Of a stretch of 48,339 nt of DNA, positions 26,036-36,836 are shown piece after piece; within the stretch, counting starts at the first letter, position 1, and each line of letters starts with the position of its first letter. Below the pieces are notes generated by a model, which saw nothing but the letters and a program-made list of their open reading frames with translations, was not told the DNA's origin and made no database searches. The stretch lies in contig NC_068982.1 in the NCBI RefSeq assembly GCF_001194135.2, positions 168,508,384-168,556,722 on the forward strand, in the 5' to 3' direction. A program made the position numbers and the translations under genes. This DNA is from Octopus bimaculoides. Taxonomy: Eukaryota.

Positions 26036-26303
26036 GTGGCACTCCGTCGGTTACGACGACGAGGGTCCCAGTTGATCCGATCAACGGATCAGCCTACTCG
26101 TGAAATTAACGCGCAAGTGGCTGAGCACTCCACAGACACGTGTACTCTTAACGTAGTTCTCGGTGAGATTCAACGTGACACAGAGTGTGACAAGGCTGAC
26201 CCTTTGAAATAAGATGAAAGAGTAAGGGAAAGTTGTGGTGAAAGAGTACAGCAGGGTTCGTCCCCACCCCCTGCCGGAGCCTCGTGGAGCTTTAGGTGTT
26301 TTC
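26036..26303 (-). mobile_element. Third-family tRNA-derived SINE body, 5'-truncated, with (ATAC)n tail
   Basis: GC-rich body ending cgtcgtaaccgacggagtgccac, followed on the minus strand by the (ATAC)n tract at 25975-26032. Family assignment is from resemblance to recalled octopus SINEs. Confidence 0.7.
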
Positions 26304-27022
26304 AACGTTAATGTATATATGAATCTAAAAGTTATGTATAGTATCACATACTTCAAGCCAACAAGCTCATGTAATCGGAGCTGATCTGGAATTTTCAAGA
26401 GATGGAGTAACGTGAAATCAAACATCTTCAATGACCCAATGCCTTGTTCGGATCGAGAATGGAACCCACTGTCTATCTATCTTCAGCCTCACACCCTTCG
26501 TGACTATGAATCGCGTAATTTAAAAGGCAAGAAATACATTTTGTGATAAACAGTGACAAGACTAGTGGTTAGAAGAGTCAGGAAATTCTCAAAGAATTTT
26601 TGTTAATGTGATCGAGAAACATTTTGTACAATTAATCATTCAAATTTAATAAACAGTGTGTATCTGACAAGTGCTATAGTGAGAGTGGCATAAAAAAAAG
26701 CGGGAGATCAAGTTACGATTTGTGAATCAAATTGATTTTCAGTTAAACATTGTCTGGTACAAACGACTCCAACATTAAATGTGAAGAAATTCTTTCAGAT
26801 AATTTACTAAGCGATGGAAATTAAAGACAGATTAAGCTTAACGTTATGAGCCCTGAAAGTAACTGATAGCGTTTAGCATTTAAATTATACGAAATATTTT
26901 AAAAGGAGGTAATTCAGAGTTGAAATAAGAAGCATGATCACGCGTGTGGTTTATACACACGAACACACACATACAAACATACCCACACAAACACACACAC
27001 ACACACATGTATATATGTGTGA

Positions 27023-27078
<56 letters not shown>

Positions 27079-27466
27079 NNNNNNNNNNNNNNNNNNNNNN
27101 NNNNNNNNNNNNNNNNNNNNNNNNNNNNNNNNNNNNNNNNNNNNNNNNNNNNNNNNNNNNNNNNNNNNNNNNNNNNNNNNNNNNNNNNNNNNNNNNNNNN
27201 NNNNNNNNNNNNNNNNNNNNNNNNNNNNNNNNNNNNNNNNNNNNNNNNNNNNNNNNNNNNNNNNNNNNNNNNNNNNNNNNNNNNNNNNNNNNNNNNNNNN
27301 NNNNNNNNNNNNNNNNNNNNNNNNNNNNNNNNNNNNNNNNNNNNNNNNNNNNNNNNNNNNNNNNNNNNNNNNNNNNNNNNNNNNNNNNNNNNNNNNNNNN
27401 NNNNNNNNNNNNNNNNNNNNNNNNNNNNNNNNNNNNNNNNNNNNNNNNNNNNNNNNNNNNNNNNNN

Positions 27467-27500
<34 letters not shown>

Positions 27501-27519
27501 ATATATCAGCAGTCACATT

Positions 27520-27880
27520 ATGTAAACACATTTCGTAGCTCACACAGGTATTCTATGATCGGCGTGTGACATGAATTTAACTGTTTTTCTCATACTTTGG
27601 ATTCTCCTCCACTTTGAGGCTTAATATTGACAGAATTTGTTACTCAAAATCGATCGGAATCAACAGGACAAAGATATCCCAAACGGGTCTGAACAAACCA
27701 TCATTGGCACGTCTAGACACTTAAAGTGTATCTTCCCAGAGACAGAAGGAATTACATCTCTCCGCTTTTGTTGCTGAGAAACCCCTTTTGAATTTATACA
27801 ACACGCAGTAGCTGAGATGAGTCTGATAAAAAACAATTTTAAAGGGTATAATCGATACGAATTTAACCGCCGTGTATAAC
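27520..27880 (-). mobile_element. Mariner 5' fragment, same family as 24055-25060
   Basis: Nucleotide match ggcggttaaattcgtatcgattataccc vs agcggttaaatttgggtcgattttacc. Protein: YQTHLSYCVLYKFKRGFSATKAE...EDTL..TCQ*WF...VEENPK. Confidence 0.75.
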
Positions 27881-27994
27881 GTTATCTATAAAGAAAGAAG
27901 CAAATTGAATTTAAAAATTAGTGCTTACATTACCGTAAATACTGAAAATACATATAGCATATATGATATAATGTTGCATATATAAAATTCTTTT

Positions 27995-28205
27995 ATTCTT
28001 TTACTTGTTTCAGTCATTTGACTGCAGCCATGCTGGAGCACTGCGTTGAAGGATTATAGCCGAAGAAATCAACTTCAGGGCTTATTTTTTTAAAACCTAG
28101 TACTTATTCCATCGGTCTCTTTTGCCAAACCACCACGCTACGGGACGTAAATATACTAACACCGGTTTTCAAACGGGGAAGGGAGTGTCAAACACAGATA
28201 CAAAG

Positions 28206-28255
<50 letters not shown>

Positions 28256-28390
28256 CAATATATACGACGGGCCTCTTTCAGTTTCCGTCAACAAAATTCA
28301 CTGACAAGTCTTTGGTCGGCCCGGGGCTATAGAAGAAGACACTTGCGCAAGGTTCCAAATAGTGGGGTCCGGACCCGGAACTATGTGGCT
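27995..28390 (-). mobile_element. CORE-like SINE, 5' end lost in an N-gap
   Basis: tttcagtcatttgactgcagccatgctggagcac ... ggctatagaagaagacacttgcgcaagg. Confidence 0.9.
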
Positions 28391-29076
28391 NNNNNNNNNN
28401 NNNNNNNNNNNNNNNNNNNNNNNNNNNNNNNNNNNNNNNNNNNNNNNNNNNNNNNNNNNNNNNNNNNNNNNNNNNNNNNNNNNNNNNNNNNNNNNNNNNN
28501 NNNNNNNNNNNNNNNNNNNNNNNNNNNNNNNNNNNNNNNNNNNNNNNNNNNNNNNNNNNNNNNNNNNNNNNNNNNNNNNNNNNNNNNNNNNNNNNNNNNN
28601 NNNNNNNNNNNNNNNNNNNNNNNNNNNNNNNNNNNNNNNNNNNNNNNNNNNNNNNNNNNNNNNNNNNNNNNNNNNNNNNNNNNNNNNNNNNNNNNNNNNN
28701 NNNNNNNNNNNNNNNNNNNNNNNNNNNNNNNNNNNNNNNNNNNNNNNNNNNNNNNNNNNNNNNNNNNNNNNNNNNNNNNNNNNNNNNNNNNNNNNNNNNN
28801 NNNNNNNNNNNNNNNNNNNNNNNNNNNNNNNNNNNNNNNNNNNNNNNNNNNNNNNNNNNNNNNNNNNNNNNNNNNNNNNNNNNNNNNNNNNNNNNNNNNN
28901 NNNNNNNNNNNNNNNNNNNNNNNNNNNNNNNNNNNNNNNNNNNNNNNNNNNNNNNNNNNNNNNNNNNNNNNNNNNNNNNNNNNNNNNNNNNNNNNNNNNN
29001 NNNNNNNNNNNNNNNNNNNNNNNNNNNNNNNNNNNNNNNNNNNNNNNNNNNNNNNNNNNNNNNNNNNNNNNNNNNN
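28391..29076. other. Assembly gap (largest of nine)
   Basis: N runs at 15387-15704, 18309-18577, 22893-23070, 27079-27466, 28391-29076, 40842-40851, 41541-42088, 43583-43614 and 46676-46788. Most are flanked by microsatellites. Confidence 0.99.
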
Positions 29077-29349
29077 ATATATATTATATATATATATATT
29101 ACGTATGTAATCATGTACGCAAATAATTCGCATTTTCCAAATAGAATCGATTAGAGAAAATTGCAATGATGATCCCTAAAACATTTCAAAGATTGTCCAT
29201 TTAAAAATCTTGGGCTCAACAGGTACACAATCATATCTACACAGAGATACACCCAACCTTGTAGACCTGACTTGATTTGAACACTTTCTTAGTGACTAGC
29301 TTGAATTATATGAAGGGGAAAACTAAGATAAATCCTAAAGAAAAAACAA

Positions 29350-29840
29350 ACATATATACATATATATTCAGACATACATACATAGATTCATACATACATA
29401 CATATATACATACATACATACATACATATGCTCATGCACATACATACACACATATACTTACACGCGTACATACATATACATACATACATTCACCTATATA
29501 TATACATTATTACATATATACATACACATACATACACACATACCTATATATATACATATATACATGCACATACATACACACATACCTATATATATACATA
29601 CATACACACATATACTTACACGCGTACATACATATACATACATACATTCACCTATATATATATACATTATTACATATATACATACACATACATACACACA
29701 CATATACTTATACATATACACATACGCATGCATACATACATAGAAACACCTGCATTTTTACATACATATATACATGCACTTACATATATACATTCATATG
29801 TACATATATACATACACGTACATATATGCATTCATCCATA
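29350..29840. repeat. Degenerate compound (TA/CA/TACA)n satellite with an internal duplication
   Basis: catatacttacacgcg...cattcacc...cattattac occurs at 29451 and again at 29609. Confidence 0.9.
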
Positions 29841-30644
29841 AAATAATATCTATGGATAAGTAACGCAGTGTATGTTGGACTTTTAACGAATAAACAAACA
29901 CTTCACCACGTACTGAGTTCTCTTTCTCTCGCTGGCACATCCAGGCATATATATATGTGATATATATGGAATATATACTCTGCGATCTACGTCCTAATAC
30001 TTTGTGAATGAAACGCCGATTCTAAGAAGCCTAACTAGAGTAATCTACATTATTTGATTTGATATTCATTTCTATCTATCAGACTTAGATTTTCATGTTG
30101 TTGGCGAGTTAAAGGAACTGGCGAAATATCACGGACACTTTAATTGGTTTCAAGCTGCTGTTATAGCTAGAGGAATATCTGATATGTTACTTACGATAAG
30201 TTCCAGATAATTGATTGATCGATTTTTATTGGTATATTTGATATATAAGTGTTTTTTTGTTGCTTTGTTTACTTCATCCATTTCTGGGGTTTTTTTTGTT
30301 TCATTGTTTTTTCTTTATATTTTTGCTGTTGCTACTATTATTATTGTTCATATTGTTGTTGTTGTTATTGTCGTTATTGCTTTTGTATTAGTCTTCCACG
30401 TTATTCTATTGTTGTCGACATTGGTGTTGTTATTGTTAATGTCCTGGTTCTGCGATCAATTGTCATTTAGTCTTTAAAAAATGGATACTTGTTATTAAGG
30501 ACTTTGACATCTTGTCATGTTATTCTGCATAGCCCAAAAGCTGCAGGGATGTGGCAATTTAGTTAATTTCTAATAAACTAAATAAAACAAAAATATCTAG
30601 TGTGTATCTCTCTCTATGTGCAGACGAGAGAATAAATAACAGAA

Positions 30645-30707
30645 CTAGACAGACAGATAAACAGACAGACAGACATACAGACAGACAGGCAGGCAGGCAG
30701 GCAGATT

Positions 30708-30766
<59 letters not shown>

Positions 30767-30767
30767 T
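30645..30767. repeat. (GACA)n/(GGCA)n/(GATA)n microsatellite
   Basis: Direct reading. Confidence 0.95.
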
Positions 30768-31344
30768 TAAGAGACAGGGGATATAATACGTAAGGTAGGA
30801 AATTGAAAAGAAAACTACCGTTAGATGCAAATAAATATTGGAAATGTTGTCTCTTATATGTTCTTGTACTAGATACAACTTATTTCTAAGTTAGATATCG
30901 AGTTCCAAATGTCAAGTAGTGTCTTAACGGATAAAACTAATTGATTTGTCTGTATTACTACATATAAAAGGTTTCCAAGGGTTTCGCTAAGAAGTCAATT
31001 TATTTGTAATCTCCCTCTGATTATTTTTCGTCTTTATATTTGTTGATTTATGTATTTCATTCTTTGTTTATAAATAGGTAATACAATATAAAGGACTACC
31101 CGGGAACAAATATGAAAATGATATTGCAGATGTTGAGCTCATTCATATTTAAGTATACTGAAATTTTCCTAGAAGATTTGCAGCTAAACGAACAATAAAA
31201 CAGGGATTTATGTCTCTAAAGCAAGGAAAATATCTGTACTGCTGTGAACGTCAGCTGACTGAGAGACATCAGTAATTAGCTAGTAATATTTAAGAAAGTG
31301 AAGATATATATCCAATTGCTTTAATATCTGTAACTATTACATTT

Positions 31345-31530
31345 ATTTCGTCTGTCGCTACGTTCTGAGTTCAAATTCCGCCGCCGAGGTCGACTTTGTC
31401 TTTCATCCTTTCGAGGTCGATTAAATAAGTACCAGTTACGCATTGGCGTTGATATAGTCGACTTAATCCGTTTGTCTGTCCTTGTTTGTCCCCTCTGTGT
31501 GAAGCCCCTTTTGGGCAGTAAAGAAATAAG
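31345..31530 (+). mobile_element. Meta-like SINE, 5'-truncated
   Basis: Near-identical to 13700-13888. Confidence 0.9.
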
Positions 31531-32199
31531 AAAAGTAGTTCATAAATTACTTCTGTAAGTCTAAATAAAATCGGGCACACATTTTAAAAGACAAGACATA
31601 CCATGCTATTACTGTTTCAGTGGCGGAAATTTTCATCGTTACTAGAAATTATTCCTATGTCTATAAAAATTGCAAAAGCATTTCAATAGACACACACAAT
31701 ATTTATAACTTAAATATTTAATAACTGTGTCATTTCTAGATAATCTACTGGACGCAAAACCTTTCAGAAAAGGAAGTGAAAAGAATTAAAAAAAGAACAA
31801 TCGATACCGTTTCTTAATGTATGAAAAGCAAGAAATTGATGTTATCATCTTACTACAATTTCTAGTGATGATTCCGCTCTTAGTTAAACCATCTGACGAA
31901 TGACACAGTAAAACATCTACAACATGAAATGAGAAAGTATACAGACTTAGCATTGGGCATAAGTATTATAAAGTATAAATATTACAATATCACTTTGTTT
32001 TGAGAGTTTTCAACCGCTATGGCCATGTTATTTGTGTGCATATATATATATATACTAGCAATGCACCCTGGCGTTATGACCTGCAGTCACATTGTATTAT
32101 TTGTTCCTTTCTTATGGGCAGAATCGACAGGTGCGAAGTATGAAACAAACAACTGTTCTTTATACACATGTTTTTCGTTCATTTCCTGATGAACAACGC

Positions 32200-32352
32200 T
32201 GCAGTTTCCGCCTACCAAATTCAGTCACAAGTCTGTGGTTGGCCTAGGATTATAGTAGAAAACTCTTGCCCAAGGTACCATGCAGATGGACTGAACGGGG
32301 AACCATGTGGTTCGTAAGCAAACTTCTCGACCACACACTCATTCTTGCACCT
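32200..32352 (-). mobile_element. CORE-like SINE 5' half
   Basis: cagtttccgcctaccaaat...cttgcccaaggtacc...aaccatgtggttcgtaagc. Confidence 0.85.
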
Positions 32353-32353
32353 A

Positions 32354-32426
<73 letters not shown>

Positions 32427-32621
32427 TGTGTGTGTGTTTACATTTGTTGTAAAATCGAGTACTGTGTCCAATTGTGTCTAAAAGCTAGCAGTTCATCAAT
32501 CTCAGATCTATAAAATAAATGCCAGATTGAAATACGTACTGAGGTTAGTATGATCAATTACATATTTGAAGGTGATACCTTATCATGGCGACACTCGAAA
32601 GACTAAACCCAGTAAAATATT

Positions 32622-32765
32622 CTTTTCTTTTCTACTCTAGGCACAAGGCCCGAAATTTTGGCCGAGGGGTCGAGTCGATTAGATCGACCCCAGTACGCAG
32701 CTGGTACTTAATTTATCGACCCCGAAAGGATGAAAGCAAAGTCGACCTCGGAGTAATTTGAACTT
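32622..32765 (-). mobile_element. Meta-like SINE, 5'-truncated, with TSD
   Basis: Flanked by agtaaaatatt at 32611-32621 and 32773-32783; body matches 8425-8560. Confidence 0.9.
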
Positions 32766-33547
32766 AACACCTAGTAAAATATTGTTTAAAGACTTAATAG
32801 CTTTAAATTCAAGTTATGGATTACTAACCAAAGGATAATGAGTTCAAAACTTCGTCATGGACTTCCACTCTATACAATAACATTATATATATATATCTCA
32901 GTTTATTGACTTCCAAAAATTTACAATTGTAATTTGAAGTTAAATGGTTAGCAGTAACAAAGATGCCCAGATTTCTTTATATATTCTGAGAAAAAGTATT
33001 TTCTTCACCCCAACAAAACACACACACACACACACAGAGTTATCCCTTTAGTAACTTCAGCTACTACAAATAACAGCCAAATCTCTTTTAAAACACACCA
33101 TTTCGTCAAAAGAAAGACAGAGTTATAGTGTTTCAGTAAGAAAAAAAACTATGCGATGCGTCTGCTACGTCAGAGGCAATTCTGGGCTAAACAAAAAACA
33201 GACAAACATACTTCAAATTAAACAATTATCTACTAAATAATACTAATAATGTTGACGTTATATCTTCGAAATTTCATTCCCTGGTTAAACTCCATGTATC
33301 TTAAGATCGTTCAGACAGAGTTGCCTCCCTTAGTAAAAAGACCTCAAAATTGTGCGACCTGACCTCGTTTTTGAGGTTATTTTTGTAATAAAAAAGACCT
33401 TATGTACAACAAACATCCTTTATTTCGTAGCCGTAAGATTACTGTATGTTTTGATACCTTATACGGCAAAATCAGCGCATCAGTTTTCGAATCTATAAGG
33501 ACACAGACACATGCACATACACAAACTATAAGGGATTATATCCCTTT

Positions 33548-33584
33548 CCATTGGCTATCGACTTCCGGTTGTACCGCCATCTTG
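33548..33584. promoter_or_regulatory. Cluster of CCAAT-, ETS- and YY1-type motifs
   Basis: ccattggc (CCAAT reversed), acttccgg (ETS core CCGGAAGT reversed) and ccgccatcttg (YY1 CAAGATGGCGG reversed) within 37 bp. Could be TE-borne. Confidence 0.35.
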
Positions 33585-33738
33585 CGGGCTCCAAAGGTCT
33601 AGCAGGAATTTCCTAAAATGTAAACATGGCACGAAAATTTCCGTTCTGGGGATCGTTTGTAGAAAACATAAATCCGGAGAAGTACACTCTAAGATGTAGA
33701 GCAGTACTAATACCAATAATGTTGACGGTATATCTTCG

Positions 33739-33977
33739 AAGTTACGGGGACGTAAACACACCAGCATCGGTCGTCAAGCGATGCTGGGGGGACAAACAGA
33801 CACACAAACATATACACACACATATACATACATATACGACGGGCTTCTTCCAGTTTCTGTCTACCAAATCCACTCACAAGCTTTAGTCGGCCCGAGGCTA
33901 TAGTAGAAGACACTTGCCCAAGGTGCCCGGGACCATATGGTTGGTAAGCAAGCTGCTTACAACACAGCCACTCCTTT
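33739..33977 (-). mobile_element. CORE-like SINE lacking its 3' end and with a B-box deletion
   Basis: High similarity to 42740-43025. caaggtgcc is joined directly to cgggacc, whereas other copies carry ~16 nt including the B-box region. Confidence 0.9.
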
Positions 33978-34335
33978 GGCTATATGTATGTATGTATGTA
34001 TGTACGTATGTATGTATGTATGTATGTATTATATATGTATGTATGTATGTATGTATATAAGGTGTTGCGATTGCGAGATCGTGGTTTCAATTCTCAGACG
34101 ACCCGGTGTTGTGTTGTGCTGTTGAGCAAAACATTTGATCTCACGTCGCTCTGCGATCACTTCACTACCTTGAGTGTTGTACACCATGCACCTTTGACGC
34201 AAAATCGATTTGATGTAAGGAATGAGGTGATGTACAGTACGTAGATTCGATCACTATAAACAAATAGTTTGTGCAGAGTGCAAACACTGAACACTCAGTC
34301 ATCATCTTCGTCGAGAGATTCCATCATATATATAA

Positions 34336-34439
<104 letters not shown>

Positions 34440-35773
34440 ACATACCATAAATTACTGTTTTCAAAAAGAAAAGAATTCATTAGGGATCGTATTCCTAGAT
34501 ACATCGTAGAAAGACAATAATTGCCATGAGTGAAAAGGAACGTATATAACATAGAAGGGAGACATAGATAAACTATAACAAATGGATGTCACATCTTCAA
34601 CTTTGTTGTACGATCAGAATTGACCCAGGAATTAAAAACAAAGATATCGAGGATTGCCAAATTGATAGCGGTAACTATAACTGTGAAAGAATGGTAAAGG
34701 AGAGATAGTTATCGTAGTTGGTTTAAAGCTGTTATTGGCACCCTGTTGACTCCATGACCAGGACATTTAACTTTCTCTCTGTGTGAGTAATAGATATAGT
34801 AAGAGCAAGGCCGTAAAATTAATGAGTAAGTTATTGGTTGGCAAACTTGACGTAGATTTCCCTTGCAGAAGATATATACTAGAGACCAAATTTCTAATGT
34901 AATGGCAACTGATGGTGAACATTGGATAGAAGAATCTTAACGATTCAGAACAAAATAAGTTATTTTTTAATTTACATTCTATTTTCAAATAATAATGAAT
35001 GTTTTACTTCTTTGAACCGTTTCCGTATATGTTAACGTATACACATGTACACATACATAAATAGATATCTATACGCGTGTTTCTGCATATATATCGATAT
35101 ATATACGATATATGTGTGTGTGTGTGTGAGTGCGTGTGTGTATGCGTGTGAATATGTATGTGTGTGTATGTATGCATATGTATCTGTATATGTAATGAAA
35201 GTGTTTGTAGGTTGGGTGTGTAGACCTCCATTGTTGAATAGATAATGACGATTCTATCAAATCATACACAAGATCTTTATTTATATAATGCAGTTGTCTA
35301 AATTACAATTTCTTTTCAATATATTTCATGCTGAAGGTTTCATATTCAATTAATATAGCCTTCCTTACGAGAGAGGGAGAGAGAGAGAAAGAGTAACCGC
35401 TTACTTTGATTTACATTTTTCTTAACAATGGATGAGCATAATCCATATACAATTCTACAGTACTAACGTAACCAACAAAGACAAGCAGTCAAGCTTATAT
35501 CTCTCAACAACTTATGTACATATATGTTCATCCTGCGTCCAAATATAAACATGATATTTCTATTGAACCAGCAAACAACTAGTGAACGTCAAATATATAC
35601 AAATATTTTTTTTTTTCCTTTTACATTTTCCATTCAATTAACATCTCTATATGAGTACATCTTATTTTTTGTACTTCATCGATGCATTTAATGTTTTTAC
35701 TTTTACTGTTGTTTTTAGCTGCATGCTAGTATTTATCGAGAAGACCAATAATCAAAAATAGTCTGAATCACAT

Positions 35774-36190
35774 AGGCGCTGGCATAGCTGTGTAGGTAAG
35801 AACCTCGCTTTCCATCCTTATAGGTTCGGATTCAGCACACTGCGCAGCATCTTGGATAAGTGTCTTCTACTATAGCTCCGGGCCGGTCAATCCCTTGTGA
35901 GTGAATTTGGAAAATAGTAACTGATTGGAAGCTCGTTGTATGTACATACATGTGAGTGTGTACGTGTGTGTGTGCGTGCGTGTGTGCATGTGTCTCTGTG
36001 TTTTTACGTTATTGCAACTCATTCCTACCTCTTGACAACTGGTATTGACTTGTATACGTTCCTGTAACTTAGCTTTTCGGTAAAATAGATTAATAGAATA
36101 GGTATTAGACTTTTGACAAAAAAAAAAATACTGGGATCAATTCAAGGCGTCACACCAACATGGCAGCAAACCAATGAATAGAATAATTTT
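35774..36190 (+). mobile_element. CORE-like SINE, full length, diverged
   Basis: aggcgctggcatagctgtgtagg head, gtgtcttctactatagc core, caacatggcagc near the 3' end. Confidence 0.85.
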
Positions 36191-36224
36191 TTTAAATAGA
36201 TAAAAAAAAACAACCTTGCCTTTC

Positions 36225-36420
36225 TTTGCCTTCTTGTGCAACTGTAATGACTACTTCTAGCTTTCTCTTGGCCTTGTTCCATCCCCACTCGGGCATTGTC
36301 TTTTCACGTCTCTTGTCCTATATTGCGTTTACCCGTAAGCCCTGGCAATAACCATTGTACTGAGATTGTGAACTTTCTGAGATTTCCTCTCTGTCTGTAG
36401 TTTTCCTTTAGCCGCCACTT
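36225..36420 (-). mobile_element. Possible RTE LINE coding relic (EN-RT linker)
   Basis: Minus frame DKRREKTMPEWGWNKAKRKLEVVITVAQEGKER loosely resembles the RTE linker ...AKREAK..IA.AQ.... Weak. Confidence 0.2.
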
Positions 36421-36687
36421 TGCAGATATAGAATGAAAGGGTATGAGGCGTTTGAGCGCCACCGTTGCTGATTCAGATGTTTTAATATTTCTATCGTCTC
36501 ATTATTTGCCCTCCTCTCTCTTTGTTTCTCCCCCTATCTTTCTTCTTTCTTCTCTCTCTCCTCCCCCTTTCTCTCTTTCCCTCTGTGTTTTTCTACGTCA
36601 GCATATAGTTATCTTTGTATGTGTGTGTAATGCCACTGTCTCACTCTGTTTGTGTTGGAATATTTCTGCTTGCTTGCGTGAGTGTGC

Positions 36688-36836
36688 TTGCCTCAAGTGC
36701 CAAACTTTTTTATCGCCAAAACAGCTTGAATGCACAATCAGCCGCGCCTAAACGTCAACATCCAAACAGCCGCACTTAATCACTTCATTTCGAGAAAGGA
36801 GATTCAAAACCTGCGTCAATCTCACCAGTCCTCGAT
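36688..36836 (+). promoter_or_regulatory. Duplicated ~105-bp module, copy 1, followed by a GTGAGT donor at 36837; candidate promoter or first exon
   Basis: Colinear homology to 46842-46940. The frame from ATG 36730 to the donor is open (MHNQPRLNVNIQTAALNHFISRKEIQNLRQSHQSS, phase 2). Confidence 0.35.

Noticed and set aside
26380-26500. Possible further mariner piece (QWVP...LHELV..KYVILY on the minus strand)
   Set aside because: Similarity is marginal and cannot be tied to the 27.5-kb fragment across the gap.
30070-30200. Frame SDLDFHVVGELKE... resembling a Tc1/maT C-terminus
   Set aside because: Too degenerate, and no SPDLNP motif or TIRs.
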